Of a stretch of 64,000 nucleotides of DNA, positions 25,201 to 37,818 are shown in pieces. The notes beneath the pieces were generated by a model. That model was given only the letters and a program-made list of their open reading frames with translations, was not told the origin of the DNA and did no database searches. Both the position numbers and the translations under genes were made by a program. Origin of the DNA: Diadema antillarum (lineage: Eukaryota); NCBI RefSeq assembly GCF_040938485.1, contig NW_027271319.1, positions 806,001-870,000 of the forward strand, given 5' to 3'. Numbering within the stretch: the first letter of the stretch is position 1; the number at the start of each line of letters is the position of its first letter.

Positions 25201-26019
25201 ATTGACCTAATAATAGAGATGCGCATTCCGATTCTCTATGACCTCTTTGCGTTTTCTTTTCTTTGTTTCTTGTCTTATCCGTTATTGTTGTTGTTGCAGG
25301 GTTTGTTGTTGTTGTTTTTTTGTTCTGACGCTGGCTAGAAAGACACCCCGTCATCATTCCGTCGTGCATTGAAAACTACTCCCTTTTACTTACAAACGAT
25401 GTATTAACTCCTAATGTGCTGAAACCGATTACTTTCGCTGATTACGCGCCGCTCGCTCGCTCGCTCAATCAATCACCCAGATAAATCAGCCAGCTCATCA
25501 GCGTTGGACTGCGGAGGAAAAAAAAAAGGGGGGGGGGCGGATGAGGGCGGGAAAATCGGAGTAGAAAAAACAAAACAAAATAAAACAAAACAAAACAGGA
25601 CAATACAGAGCAAACCAAAACACTTACACAGACATTGCATATAGGGTACCAACATATTGCAAGACGTGTCATTAAGATTACATGGATTCTAATAATTATA
25701 TTCTAATTCCGTCCGCAAAATTCTTTTTCTGTGTTCTTCTGTTACTAGAATCCAACTCAAAAGACTAACATTAAAAAAAATCAAAACAAGTAAGGCTACT
25801 GTATTCTAAATTTCGGAAATAATTTAGTTACCTTACGAAATTTAACAATTCCCTTATTTTCGCTTTGAATGTTGATATGATGCTAATGCGTACAAACATT
25901 ATTGCGGGAGTTATACATCGATAATAATCGCCAATTCGATTGAAACAATTATTGTATGTAAAACGTTCGCATTCCACAATAATTTTTGTTGTTGTTGTTT
26001 TTGGATAGTCCATTTGTGT

Positions 26020-26124
26020 TGGGTTTAACATTATTTTAAACCTTAAAGTCTGCTTTCGCAGAATCAGACCCCAACTATAATCCATGTCTGGCGACTTTTT
26101 GTTGGTCTTGTGATGCAGATTCAC
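26020..26124 (+). mobile_element. Right-end fragment of the diverged Sola1-like MITE subfamily
   Basis: CCTTAAAGTCTGCTTTCGCAGAAT...CCATGTCTGGCGACTTTTTGTTGGTCTTGTGATGCAGATTCAC. The TIR is complementary to the left TIR of the 41228 copy. The start coordinate is approximate. Confidence 0.7.
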
Positions 26125-26570
26125 GTATAATTATACCATGTACTATTTTGTTGAAAGTTCAAAGCTGCTTTGACAATGTTTGATGATAAAAATCATTCTG
26201 AATTGTAGTATAGGATTGCTCTTTAAAACTTTTTTTTTTCCCTGTTGAGTTCATTGATCTTCCCTAGCCATTGATCTTTGCAATGAAAAGGTAAACCAGG
26301 TGCGTCGGCCTCCGTAACATTGCTAAACAGCGCTGGTCTCCACTCACGATAAGCATTTGCTACAGCCTTTTTATACCTCCCCCCCCCCCCCCCCCCTCCC
26401 CCGTCCCCTACCATCATCACGGCCACTTTTTTTTCACCCTCTGGTGGACTTCCGTCTCAACGCCACGCCATGCAACTAGAAAAGCTACTCACGGAAAACG
26501 GCGTATTGACATTTTGATGTTGCTCAACGGCGCCCACCTTGTCGCACAACACACACCTGGAAGACGTCCC

Positions 26571-26572
<2 letters not shown>

Positions 26573-26605
<33 letters not shown>

Positions 26606-26673
26606 CGAGGAAGTGTATTGATTGTGTGTGAGAGAGGGTGTGTGTGTGTGTGTGTGTGCGTATGTGTGTGTGT
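26573..26673. repeat. Interrupted (TG)n microsatellite
   Basis: Seen directly in the sequence. Confidence 0.95.
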
Positions 26674-28124
26674 GTCCTTGATGGGTGACCGTGATCGTCC
26701 GCTGTCCACTAATCAATCTGGCATGTAAATCGAGAAGACCTCAGACGGATGGTGTCACCAGTGGGACTCTTAAAGAAACGGGCAGAAAGATGAGGAGGCG
26801 AAAAAGGAGGAAGAGGAGGAGGAGGCGGAGGGACAATTGAAAAGAGGGTAGAATAAAAAAAAGAAATATAACAAAAAATCATTACCGGCGTGACTGCGTG
26901 GATCTACTTGGTCCTGACGGGGGGATCAAACGACACGAGTGAAATAAATCAATGGTAAGGCTTGGGTTTCGAGGATGCGCAAAAAAGGGGTGCTTTTTAC
27001 GGACCAAACGACCTGCGCGTATCGGGTGCACCTCGTTCGAAGAGGCCCTCGCGTCATTGCAGCACCTGCACAAACTTTTCTTCTTCCTGGGAGAATCACT
27101 GAGCGTGACCTGGCATGCCGATGCACGATGTAGTGGACATCACTTCTATTCGGAGGTCCAAGCATTTCTTCCTATGTTACTTCTGACTTTTTCTCGGTGT
27201 TTTTTTGGTACTTCATCATTTCGAGTGCGCCCCATTGTTTGCGAAGTGACGATAATGTTCAGACGGCGGACCGTCCGATCAAACATCAGTCCATCGCGCG
27301 GACTTTAAGGTCTTCATTCAAAAGCCGCATTTGAATGGTGGTTAGCTCTGTGCCGTTGCATGTAAAGGCTGGGGTTAACTCAACGATGTATCTACTATTG
27401 ATATCAGTGTATTTGTTGAGAGTTTTCTTTTAACGTACATATCAGTTAACACGATCATTAAATTGATGTGAAACACTGGTTTAATAGTGTTCGCATTAAA
27501 AATCACACTGCAGCGGTGATAACTTTCTTTCTCTTTGTAAGTCTTTCTCTACCTGCCTGTTTTTATGCCTGTCAGTCTGTCTGTTTGTATCTATCTCTGT
27601 CACTCTCTCTGTCCTCATTGCTTTAGACGTCGCTGCTAATTTTGTTTGAGATACACACTAACACATTTTTTATTTGTCGAACGCATGCATACGGTGTAAA
27701 ACGTTGCTTTATAATAGACACCAAACTCACTGCTCTGAAACCTTAGTGCGATGAGTAGCGCTCACGATTTTACCGATTTTACCACTTGCCTCCAAGCATG
27801 TCGTATCGAGTTGCCGAGTTTAGTAACTATTTTGGCACACCACATTCCCGTGGTTTAGATGAAGCAACGGGTGAACATTCCTCATGAAAGAGGAACAACA
27901 TCCTAACAGGGCCGAAGAGGCATCACCTTCCTATTATCCACAGCTCATCTGACCATAATTCGAGCTATAGACAGAGAGATTTAGAACACAAGGCATCAAG
28001 TTCATGTTCGTAATTTGTCAAGCACTCCCCAGAAAGGGAGGCAAAATGATTGTGTTGTTCAAGAGGGAGTTTATAGCAGGGTTCTATTGATTTCAACAAA
28101 CAAAACAAAACAAAAAGAATGGCG

Positions 28125-28138
28125 TGATGACGTCATCA
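28125..28138. promoter_or_regulatory. Perfect 14-bp palindrome containing a full CRE (ATF/CREB site)
   Basis: TGATGACGTCATCA in non-repeat DNA about 2 kb upstream of the putative first exon. Confidence 0.45.
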
Positions 28139-29094
28139 GAAATGAGAACAGGGAATCATTGGTCTTTCTTTTTTCTTCCTTTTTCTACTTGGTCGTCCAG
28201 TCACGTTTGCGACCCGATTTATATGAGCCAGACGAGCGCTTGTTTTCTTGCTTTGTTTTTTACCCTTTTACTTTCCCCACTAAAGTGTCTCGCTCCAGGG
28301 ATGATTATAAAGTTTTGTTTGGTCCTCACGAGCGGCTGTTTTGGAGTGTCGGCTTGCCGAGTCGCTATCGCGTCGCAAAGTGTGCGGCGTCGTTGGGAAC
28401 AAGGGGAGACGGTAATCGCAATCTCGAAGATGTATTGGCGTCACCAATAACAAAAATGTTCGGATGTCTCGGATGCAGGATAAACACCGTTCGCCTCATC
28501 ACAGCCCGTTGGCTAGAAACTGCATCTACGTCTTCTTCCTCTCTTCCTCCTTCTTCTATTCCTTCTTCTGCTCCTGTCGGATACCGTTCGATTAGAAGTG
28601 GGACACGCTTCAGTTTCCGAAACTGAAGATGGGGAAAAATCGAGGAATGGGCTTTGGTTAAGCGGTGTAATGAGCAGCAATGATCTGATTTGTCAGTAGG
28701 GGGCGGGCTCCTCTGGGGGGAAAAATAAAGGGGGGCACTGCGAGTGTGGCGGCCCCCGGGGTGGCCCGGCCCAGGTATTCTGAATCAACAACCCCGTCAA
28801 TCGCCCCGCGTACCACAGGGAGGGGTATTCCCTCGTCTGCCACCAATGTGTCACTCTGTTGTCCTTCCGCCTGTGTGAACACAACTCCTCAAACTAAACA
28901 TCGTATAGGGGGTATCCAACCACACCCCCCTTCCTGTCTTTCCCTATGTCTCCCCCCTCTCTCTCCCCTCCCTCATCTCACTCCCCTCTCTCCCCACCCC
29001 TATCTCTCCCTCTTCCTTTTTCTCGTTGTCTTTTTCTCTCCCACTGCATCAGGGGCAATATTCGAATAGGCCTTTTTATAGAGATCATAAGTTT

Positions 29095-29467
29095 TTAAGG
29101 TTTATGTCATTTTTTTTTTGGGGGGGGGGGTGAGACGATGTGAAACCTCTTGTAAGAAATGAAAAAGCATGTAATTCCAAGAGGAATTCAACGTTTATTT
29201 TATGAAAATATATTGCTTTTGAAATGACCGAGATGTGTAGAAGAGCGATCCTAGCAAAAGGTGGGACCCATCCTTTATTACCATCACTTTGTTTTACTTT
29301 GTGTGTGGATGTTTCAGCCATTCCATAACCGATTTCCATCAAATAAATCTGGAAGTCCTCTTAGAATGGTATGTTCTATACTACTTCAAAAGTTGTTTCT
29401 TGGTATCTCACAAAAAGTTAAAAGCCACCTAATCCTCATGTCTACCAATGCTATACCATCCCTTTAA
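29095..29467. mobile_element. Kolobok-like MITE family B, diverged copy
   Basis: Ends CTATACCATCCCT-TTAA. The interior (GCATGTAATT...GAGGAATTCA, CAGCCATT...ACCGATTTCCATCAAATAAA) is homologous to the 44167 and 48693 copies. Confidence 0.7.
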
Positions 29468-30149
29468 ACATTAAACCCACATCCATACGTAAGTGGTGTG
29501 TTACACCGTTACCTGAACAAAGTTGCGGATCACAATAGGAAGAAATAATGTTCATAAGGCCTACTTTGCCAATAAAACCTTCACATTTTCTAACTTTTAA
29601 TTCTTTTCAAAAATATCTTTTTTTTTCTGATGAAGTAGGGTCAATGATAATTATTCATATCAATTTAAGGCTTAGCATCCGACAATTTCATATCTACCTT
29701 AAACAAAACAAAAAACATTTTCCCGAAATTATATGGTGTTCGTGGTGACGTATGACACACAAACATCAATAACCGTGTGTGATGCGTGTGTATTGTATGA
29801 TAGATAATGGGGTCATTTTTTTTTTTTCGTTACGCAACGTGCATATCCTCAGTCAAGGTAAATTCATTCGCTGTGACAGCATCGAAATGCCAGTCTTCCG
29901 TCATCACACAAACAAATTCCCGAAAGCGAAAAAAACAAAACAAATCAAAACAAAAACAAGCAAAAAAAAAAAGTTGCGCGTGGGGTCAAACAGAAGTAAT
30001 TACCATTAGGCATTTTATCTGGGTCATATTTCACTTCCTATATGCTAGAAATGAGGGTATATTTGGACATCTTTTTTTTTTTCTTCTTTCTTTACTCTCG
30101 ATCCGAAACATACGCTATTGAAATGAATCAATCCCCAGCCCCGACAAGC

Positions 30150-30256
30150 TTTCGGCGTGACGACATTTCTATAAAGCGAAAAGAGATGAATTTCACATAT
30201 TGGCACCGCTATCGCCAGCTCTCAAAACTACCGCCGCCGCCAGAGCTGCTTCAGTC
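30150..30256 (+). promoter_or_regulatory. Candidate core promoter of the GPCR-like gene
   Basis: Half-CRE TGACG at 30158-30162, TATAAAG at 30170-30176 and Inr-like TTCAGTC at 30250-30256, at the start of a CpG-containing block that ends in a splice donor. Confidence 0.4.
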
Positions 30257-30350
30257 TCTAAAACCCGGTGTGGTAGTTGTCGTCTTTTTTTCCCTCGTAT
30301 TTTTTTTTCTCACCTGAACTTGAGGATGCGCTCTGCTATACATTGAACAG
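30195..30350 (+). other. Probable non-coding (5' UTR) first exon
   Basis: Consensus donor CAG|GTGAGT at 30350/30351. An upstream exon is needed if the AG immediately before the 34359 ATG is the splice acceptor. The 5' boundary is uncertain. Confidence 0.5.
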
Positions 30351-32915
30351 GTGAGTTTCGCACCATCATTTTTCTTTTAATTAAAATTCTGCATCCCAAT
30401 CCAGTGTAGCATAGATCGAAGAGATACGCAGGTGTCGTGACTTCCTTTTTCCCAACACAATTCTCACATTTCGATGCGTGTGTCAGCGATTGCGGTGTGA
30501 TATAGCCAATGGTATATCATCAAGTTACATTGCAAGGATCTCCGCAGGTAATGTATCTAGCCAATAAGTGCGCTGTATACCGCTGGAAAGCAAATACGCT
30601 AAAAAGTGAGATTAAATCATGAATTGAATTCAAACCTGCATCACCAGACATTCTCTCTACCGGCCACTTTGATTTACTGAACGAGAGAAGTCCCGATGAG
30701 AAGAGATAGACGCAGATGATATCTGCGGAGATAAAGTTACTTGTCACAGACATTGGTAGACTAAAACACAACATAAATCAAGTTAAGTTATGATATATGT
30801 GCGTTACATCAATGTAATTTGAACCTGGCTATAATAATTATGTAAGCAACTGAAGGGGACCAGAATTGCTCATTCGTGTTTGTGGGTTTTTTTTTTTTCT
30901 TCTTCTTTCTGTGCAGACGCATATTCACACAGACACACACATATTCACTTTATGCATAGACAACAGACATTNNNNNNNNNNNNNNNNNNNNNNNNNNNNN
31001 NNNNNNNNNNNNNNNNNNNNNNNNNNNNNNNNNNNNNNNNNNNNNNNNNNNNNNNNNNNNNNNNNNNNNNNNNNNNNNNNNNNNNNNNNNNNNNNNNNNN
31101 NNNNNNTATAATATAAAATATCAGGAAGTGAAAGAGATGCGGAGAGAAACGGATTCCAACAAAAGTCAACAACGCCACCGATGGCGCAATTCCGCCACTT
31201 CAGTTCCAAGCATCGTCGCGCGTCCGATTTCTCTCTGCGCCGGAGGGGCGCATTCTTCCGTATAAAGGCCGCAAACGTTTGCATATTTTTCCCGCGTAAA
31301 AATACCTTCGGCAGATTTGATTATCAGTCCCCGCGCCTTGGGCGAAATGTGACCATTTAAACTCATGGCGTCTTATCATGTTTCGCAAAATCCAAACCAA
31401 CGCAATCAAACCGGGGGGCCGCTATTATGAGCGAAGGAGAATAATAAAAAAAAGGTCACCGCCATCTCAATATCTTCCCCTTCTCTCTCCCTCTCTATCT
31501 CTTCTAAAACTCTCTTTTCACTTTCCTCCAGCGCTGGGCGACAAAACATAAACTTCGATGCTGGAGTCGTTTTTGTTTAACCAGCCAAGTGTATAAACCA
31601 CTTTGTCTCCACGCCACTCTCTCATTTTTTTCTTCTTGGTCTTGTCATTCAACTTAACTATTCCTGTCTCAATTAGTTCAGGGAGATGCTCACCTCCCTG
31701 ATTCGTTTCACATGTTTTATCGTATCTTCATAACATCAACGTTATGTTCTTCTCTCTACCCCCCCCCCCTCCTCTTCCTCGATTACATCATTTTCTTCCT
31801 CATCTGTGCGGGTACTGGGGTTTAAGCTGGATTCTTCAATCATACGAATACTGAAGTATGTCGAGCAGAATTAAGCAAACAAGGAATTTGAAAATAGAAG
31901 CAAAAAAAGGGGCGAAGGGAAATGATATAAAGGAAATAGTACTATTTCCCAGAGGCGTTTGACGAGTAATTTAATCTTCCAATTGGGCCATTCTCATTTG
32001 AGGGCGGAGGAGCGTGCATAATGCATTGATGGCGACCGAATATATGTAAGAGAGAAAGAGGGGGGGGGGGGGGAGGGGGAGAAAGAGACAGAGATAGATC
32101 TCTACGTTAAAAAAAAAGAATGCATCGCTAGTTGGAAAGTCGCTGCATCGACTCTGACCCCATTCGCCCCGGCTTGCCTCGGGGATGCCAGCGTCCTTGA
32201 GAGGTTCGGAATGGGAGCAGCGTCTGCACTACAAAAAATGTGTAGTCCGAGGTTCGAATAGCTCCGTGTCGAGTGGGAGGAAAACGAAGTTACCAGAAGG
32301 GGCGAGGTCCTGCCGACTATCACCGTTGCTACATGTATGTTCGTGCCGTCTGATTCATTTTGAAGCGCACAATTCCACACCAGGTCGATGGTTTTAACCA
32401 CAGAAAGAAAAAAAACAGACTAACAGAATGATAATGAGCTCAATCGAAATCACACACAAGATGAGAAAATAATCGAATCTTATCCTTAAAGTTACAAATG
32501 TTTTCAGACGACACAATTTGGAAGGGGCAATGATGTAATGAATTCAAAACTCTCTGACCCATTCGTACATAAACGAAACAGGTTAACTGAAACGTTATTT
32601 CTGCGATTGAGAGATTGAAGATTTAGCAACATCAACCCCTTTCCCCTGCCTGTGTGTCATCGTTGCTAGGTTACGTACGACAAAGCTGCGGGATTCAAAT
32701 GCAAAATAAACATACGTACCGATTTCACTTGAACTCAGGTGATTTAGTAAAAATATCTATAATACTATGAAGAGTAAATTAAGGGCTTGTGAGTTAGTAC
32801 CAAGTCATAATCTTAATTTCCTATACTTTAAGATGTGATCGCATCATTCAAATCAGCGATTTCCGAAAACTTGAAAATCTTATTATTCTCATATCCTTCG
32901 AGTTTTAGGTTTGAT

Positions 32916-33005
32916 AACAACAACAACGACGACGACAACAACAACAACAACAACAACAACAGCAACAACATTATCACCATCAGTAGCAGCAGCCACAGCA
33001 ACAAC
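32916..33005. repeat. (AAC)n-type trinucleotide microsatellite
   Basis: Seen directly in the sequence. Confidence 0.95.
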
Positions 33006-34076
33006 GCTATTATTCTATACATTGCACCTTAAAGGATGTGGAGTTATGAGAAAAGGGAGAAGGTGAAATCGAATATTGATGTACTCATATTAGGTTGCGT
33101 CATACTGTAGAGTCAGAAGTGCCTTAACTTACTAATTGCGTTGTTTTCAGGGTTGCGTTTTAACTATTCTCTGATTATTTTCATTTTGTGTGACTTTGTG
33201 TGCGCATACGTTCATATCTAGCATTTAAAAGTATGTATCCACGTCATTCCTTTCATTTAAGGATCGAAAGAAAATGTTTGCGTGTTTTTACAGTATTTGA
33301 CATCAATGTCCCTCAATGGATTAAAGTGCATCCATGATCTATTTTAACATCATTGCAGAATAATGATTTTGATCACAGTTTGGCTTTGTTTCACTTATTC
33401 TCCTGAGTTTTACTTCATACAGAAGAATACATTAGAACCCAATGTCATTCTAGAAGCTGAAACTTAGGAAATGTTACTCCTGTCATTATTTAGCCATTGA
33501 TATATGACAACATAGCCATCCGTCCACTATTAATCAAAATATTTTGTCTATCTCTCTTTCTATCTATCACTGTATCTATGTACCACNNNNNNNNNNNNNN
33601 NNNNNNNNNNNNNNNNNNNNNNNNNNNNNNNNNNNNNNNNNNNNNNNNNNNNNNNNNNNNNNNNNNNNNNNNNNNNNNNNNNNNNNNNNNNNNNNNNNNN
33701 NNNNNNNNNNNNNNNNNNNNNNNNNNNNNAATCTGCCTATATCTTTATATTTCTCTATCACTCTCTTTCTCTCTTTCGAAATCTCGTTCCCTGATGTGTT
33801 CCCTGGTATTGTGACAGGAGAAAAGGAGGAAGCGCGCGTGGGGAGAGGCAGGGCGCTGGGGAAGAGGATCTCATTTCAGTACCTTGAATATTCATGAACA
33901 AGGGATGCGATCCTCTGGCGCCTTCCCTCCAAGGTCGACCCGATGGGTTTGCTCCCTATGAAGATAAATCTTTCTATTCGCGGCTATAACTTTCTTCCAT
34001 CAAGAATCATTAGCCTAGTGTGAGACATGGTAATGCACACACATGCAAAATATATGAATACATACAAAGTTATTAT

Positions 34077-34162
34077 CAACACTACCACTACCACCACCAC
34101 CACCACCACCATCATCATCATTATAATCATCATTATCATCATCATCATCATTATCATCATCA
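34077..34162. repeat. (ACC)n/(ATC)n microsatellite
   Basis: Seen directly, about 200 bp upstream of the coding exon. Confidence 0.95.
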
Positions 34163-34358
34163 AAGGTAGCATCATGTTTGTGTTTTGTGTTATCAAGACA
34201 AATTTCAGCACTGGTAGCGGTGATTATGATTCCTTATATCAGCACAACAGCATAGCACATGACCACGATGACGTTGAAGATTATGGCGTTAACACCTTGC
34301 GCTCTTACCCACTTACCTTCCATTCGTCTTATAATGCATTTTGAAATGATCATTACAG

Positions 34359-34533
34359 ATGCTGCGAACGGTTCTTTATCTGCTGTTGATGGCGGCCGGC
34401 ATCCGGCACGTCACCGGCCAGGACTCGGTCGCGGACGAGGACGAAACCCTCCAGCAAGCCTTGCAACTGGCCAAGCAATGCGAAGCTCAGTACGTCAATT
34501 TCACGTTCGAGGAGGGCGACGAACACTATCAGG
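34359..34533 (+). CDS. First coding exon of a secreted/membrane protein, probably a class B1 (secretin-family, PTH/calcitonin-receptor-like) GPCR; partial
   Basis: GC-rich island in AT-rich DNA. Acceptor TTACAG|ATG and donor CAGG|GTAAGA (phase 1); 175 nt = 58 codons + 1. Translation: MLRTVLYLLLMAAGIRHVTG (signal peptide-like) QDSVADEDETLQQALQLAKQCEAQYVNFTFEEGDEHYQ. The amphipathic helix ending in QCE resembles PTH1R [23 protein letters not shown], and there is an NFT sequon. A phase-1 intron before the C-x3-WD-x3-CW exon is typical of class B1 genes. The exon is well supported; the family call is inference. Confidence 0.8.
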
Positions 34534-35182
34534 GTAAGATATGAACTTTTGAGATATCCCTTCCCATATCTTTCTCTCCCGTCCCGCCCCCTCCCCTCCC
34601 CCTCTCTGTTGCTATTTCTTCAGCTATTTCTTCAGCTTCAGCTGAGTTATACAATAATGTGCAATTTTTTGTTTGTTTGTTTGTTTTTATTGTTCCATAT
34701 TCCATGTTTCAACAAATAAACCATAAACATAACAAACAGAAAATGAATGGGTGAACTGCCGCATAAATGTGAGGAATCTACAGAGAAGCATTGCTTGTAG
34801 GGTGTAGATTCCCAGATGCTGATATGAAATGAATTCTCACATGAAGTTTACAGTCGAAAGGAGTGACAATTTATGAAGAAAGGAAATACGGACGTCGAAG
34901 AATATAAAAAAAGAAAAGAAAAGAAAAGAATGTCTGCAACAGAAGACTTCTAGAGAGTGGCGTGATCACCCGAGCGAGGCACACGTCAGATACAATGACG
35001 GATATACAAAGTATGCACAGAGAGATTCCACAATAAATTAAACAACAACAACAACAACAACAACAACTAAAGTTGATGCTATGTTGATGATATGTCTCCA
35101 AAACGGAAGAGGACACCGTCAATATATTGTATCATACATCCCAAACAAGTAGTCAGTGTTTCTGTTTTATAGTACGAAATAT

Positions 35183-35710
35183 TCAATAGGGAACAAAACT
35201 CAAATGAATTATATGCAAAGTGACTGAATGAAGAAATTATAGTAGAAATCATCGGTGAGGTTAGAGGAAAATCGGACAAGTAGTTCAAAAGTTATGAAAT
35301 TATTTTACAGTTATGGTATACCGCAATCGCTTGAACATACGCTTACAACAATGCGTGGTGTTGTATATGGATACACAAGGATATAAAAAGAATAAGAATT
35401 TTCTTCCTTTTCGTTTTTTATGAAATGTATACATTCCTTTCACTTGTTCCTGACATATGTCGAGGGTAATGTAATTCCCCCTGCCTTCTAATAGGAAAAT
35501 AGTTTAAATTCTCTTTGAATAATCTTTATATTCAATTATAATTGTCCAACTGTGACATCACGAACTGTTGCAGGCTTTTTGCACAGAGATGGCTGTACCG
35601 AAACTTTACAAATTCATAACTTTTGAATGGATTGTCTGATTGTCCTCAAACTTCAGTGATTCCTGCATTTATTCAATTCAGATGCAAACTTAGGTTGAAT
35701 TTTTCCTTAA
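35183..35710. mobile_element. Old diverged relative of the 14709 Kolobok-like MITE
   Basis: Retains AAAATCGGACAA...TTCAAAAGTTATGAA and the inverted TCATAACTTTTGAATGGATTGTC...CTCAAACTT. Ends TTGAATTTTTCCTTAA. Confidence 0.65.
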
Positions 35711-36797
35711 AATATATATATATATTTTTTTCAATGCAGAGAAAACCTACACATTAATTTTCATTCGATTGATTCACTGGAGTTGTTTCAGCAAGTGTAA
35801 AACTTTAGTATATGTAGAATTACACTGTAAAAATAATACAAGGTTGTTTGTATAGCCCGATTTTGTTGTTGTTGTTGTTTCGACTGTTTCAATGCAGATG
35901 CAGCTCACTGATTGTGATATGATACCTTTGCGCCTGTAATTGTGCGCTCGTTCGCCTTTTGCATCTTTTGCCTCTGTTTGTTAATTTATTTTCTTGGGCG
36001 CCGTTCGAAGCGACATCTTTTTACTATCCGCTCCGGATCAGCTTCGAGGATGTTATCAATAACGACGACGGATATTGATGTGATCCAATTTCCAAGGTTA
36101 TATATCACTGTGTTGTTTGCTTGTTTCTTTTTTCTTTCATTTATTTCGGATGTCCTAAGATGTATGTCGGTGAATTGATTCGCGGTCTCTCGATCGAATG
36201 CCACCGCAGCGCGCGATCGGCAGGCAGGGACGTGTGGGCTTTGGCGGGGATTCCGCCAAAAATCGTTCGCGGAGCATTCAGCGGTCAAATTTAATTTAGT
36301 GCCCAATTGACTCAGAATCTATTGACATTTTGGGTTCAGCGTCCCAGTGCTCTGCGAAGTAGACACAGTGTTGGCCTGCTGGGAGAATAAAAGGAGAAAT
36401 ATTCAGAGGTGTCTTTTTTCCCCTTTCTTTCCTCTCTCCTCCTTCTCGTCTGTTTGTTGTTACTGGTGGCGGTATTTTCCTCTTCCGTTACTTCTCTTTA
36501 AAGGAGGGTGGCATTATGAACAAGAACAACAACGAAATAATATGCCGTAGTCTCCATACATGCCAACCTGAAAGGGGGAAGGTAAATGGAAAAAAGGAGG
36601 AATGGAAGGAAGCGGAATAGGATTTGATGATTAAAATTGTCCTGTGTCTTGACGCCCCCTGTCTCCATTTTTCCTACACTTCGACAAGGACCAAGCATCA
36701 ACATAATAGTTATCATAGAAATATGCTTTTACATTTATTTTGTATAATCCTTAAATTCTTTTGTAAAGATTGTTAGATTTTTTTTGCTTGTATATTT

Positions 36798-37483
36798 GTG
36801 ACCGTGCACCTCAAACGAACATAAAGTCGCACACACTGATTTTGCGTGAGGACTGAAAATAAGTGAAATGGGTAAACCTAGCCGAACTTGACTTTTTCAT
36901 ATTTTCTGAAAGAGCGGGTCTTCTTTTATATTATGCTAAAATTTGGTATCATAAAGCGGGCAGGAAAGTGTTTTTTTAGCAGTTTATCTCGAACATTTTT
37001 GGTAGAATAGTGTGATTAGGTGTGTCTTTAGAATCCCTTTTTCATTTCTGAAAAACCGTGTCCACACTCTTCACTTTCAACTCTAATAACTTTTGAAAGG
37101 ATAATGCTACAGCTTTGTAATTTCGCATTGTTTATGGACAGAATGTGGTAATGAGGCATGCGTAATTTCAGTTTAATTTGATAATCCCTTCATTGTTGTT
37201 ACTCTGGTGGTTTACTTCATGTTTTTTGTCCCATTCATCGCACAGCCAGCACGGTTTGGTAAAGATTAAGCGCTTGAATAGACACTGTACTTCAGAGCCT
37301 CTTTTCGCAGTTCAACCTTTTCCTGAGTTTGTGCTTTCTTTCAAATATTTAGATAGCTTAGCAGAGTCCATTTGATTTGAATTATACATCATTTTAAAGC
37401 TTAAAGTCTGCTCTTTCAGAATGTGGTCTTAACTAAAAATTCATGTCTGGCGACTTTTTGTTTGTTTTGAGGTGCAGGGTCAC
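36798..37483 (+). mobile_element. Sola1-like MITE, full length (686 bp)
   Basis: About 35-bp TIRs, GTGACCGTGCACCTCAAA...AAAGTCGC / GCGACTTTT...GAGGTGCAGGGTCAC, with a 4-bp TSD ATTT at 36794-36797 and 37484-37487. AWWT 4-bp TSDs are the Sola1 signature. Confidence 0.85.
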
Positions 37484-37765
37484 ATTTATTCTTTTCTGAT
37501 TTCTTCATTTTGACATGCTCTAAGATCGTTCTTTGGCACGTNNNNNNNNNNNNNNNNNNNNNNNNNNNNNNNNNNNNNNNNNNNNNNNNNNNNNNNNNNN
37601 NNNNNNNNNNNNNNNNNNNNNNNNNNNNNNNNNNNNNNNNNNNNNNNNNNNNNNNNNNNNNNNNNNNNNNATTGAATTTTGTTCAATGAAGAATCTGTAA
37701 GAAGGTCTATTTTCGTATCTTTACAGAGGCAGGGAGAAAAAAAGAGAAATAAAAATGGGGAAGGA

Positions 37766-37769
<4 letters not shown>

Positions 37770-37818
<49 letters not shown>
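37770..37818. repeat. (GA)n microsatellite
   Basis: Seen directly in the sequence. Confidence 0.95.

Noticed and set aside
26881-26954. Peptide-like frame ITGVTAWIYLVLTGGSNDTSEINQW ending at a GTAAGG donor
   Set aside because: In-frame TAA at 26869, no start codon and no acceptor upstream (purine-rich).
28015-28626. Longest ORF in the window (203 aa)
   Set aside because: Non-ATG start. It runs through AAAAC and TTTC low-complexity tracts and a CRE palindrome, has no domain-like pattern or splice signals, and is better explained as promoter-proximal non-coding DNA.
36340-36408. Exon-like segment that in the phase-1 frame reads ASQCSAK*TQCWPAGRIKGEIFR, with a CWP as in class B GPCR exon 2
   Set aside because: In-frame TAG at 36360, no conserved Asp, wrong Cys spacing, no second Cys-Pro, poor polypyrimidine tract and weak donor (GTGTCT). 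Probably coincidence; worth rechecking only if reads show TGG at 36360.
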